Positions 63,971 through 64,000 of a DNA stretch of 64,000 nt are shown here, one piece after another. The number at the start of each line of letters is the position of its first letter. Position 1 is the first letter of the stretch. Where the stretch lies: IMG/VR virus record IMGVR_UViG_3300048998_000119, positions 13,214-77,213 of that record; one strand, 5' to 3'. Source of the DNA: a virus. Its lineage: Duplodnaviria; Heunggongvirae; Uroviricota; Caudoviricetes. Both the position numbers and the translations under genes were made by a program. Below the pieces are notes generated by a model. The model ran no database searches, was not told where the DNA came from, and worked only from the letters and a program-made list of their open reading frames with translations.

Positions 63971-64000
63971 CTGAGCTTGCCAAGCTGGACCTTTGATTGC

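Overview
This window looks like one contiguous stretch of a large tailed dsDNA phage genome, or a very recently integrated prophage, of a Gram-negative host. Essentially every convincing gene is on the minus strand; the plus-strand ORFs all overlap minus-strand genes in antisense.

Reading in the direction of transcription (high to low coordinate), the window contains:
- a lambda/siphovirus-like tail module (tape-measure protein, two minor tail proteins, a 1261-aa central-fiber protein, and an 879-aa fiber whose C-terminus is a GH5 glycosidase);
- a lysis cassette (holin, GH19 endolysin, overlapped Rz/Rz1 spanins);
- about 10 kb of small 'early-like' genes, including three tandem paralogs of an unrecognised family, a thioredoxin homologue lacking the CxxC site, a PEP-CTERM-like Gly-rich protein, an SPFH lipoprotein, MazG-like and HD hydrolases, and many membrane peptides;
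- a T7-like single-subunit RNA polymerase;
- a T7-like replication block (possible SSB, family-A DNA polymerase, FEN/5'-3' exonuclease, a GIY-YIG homing endonuclease overlapping a gp4-like primase-helicase, class II RNR, ATP-dependent DNA ligase);
- an unusual RNA-directed trio (RlmN/Cfr-like radical-SAM enzyme, CCA-adding/poly(A)-polymerase-family nucleotidyltransferase, YpsA-like SLOG protein);
- an HNH-AP2 homing endonuclease downstream of a palindrome-rich intergenic region;
- terminase, a candidate portal, a repeat-rich tail-fibre-like protein plus a secreted GH5 enzyme wedged between the portal and a Mu-F/SPP1-gp7-like head-morphogenesis gene that runs off the window start.

Non-coding signals:
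- a 32-nt element conserved three times in front of early genes, each carrying a tiny uORF;
- three copies of a stem-loop/A-run/RBS module;
- two long poly-T tracts;
- a structured GC-rich intergenic region.

No rRNA, tRNA or CRISPR array was recognised. Gene families were assigned by eye from motifs only; no database search was possible.
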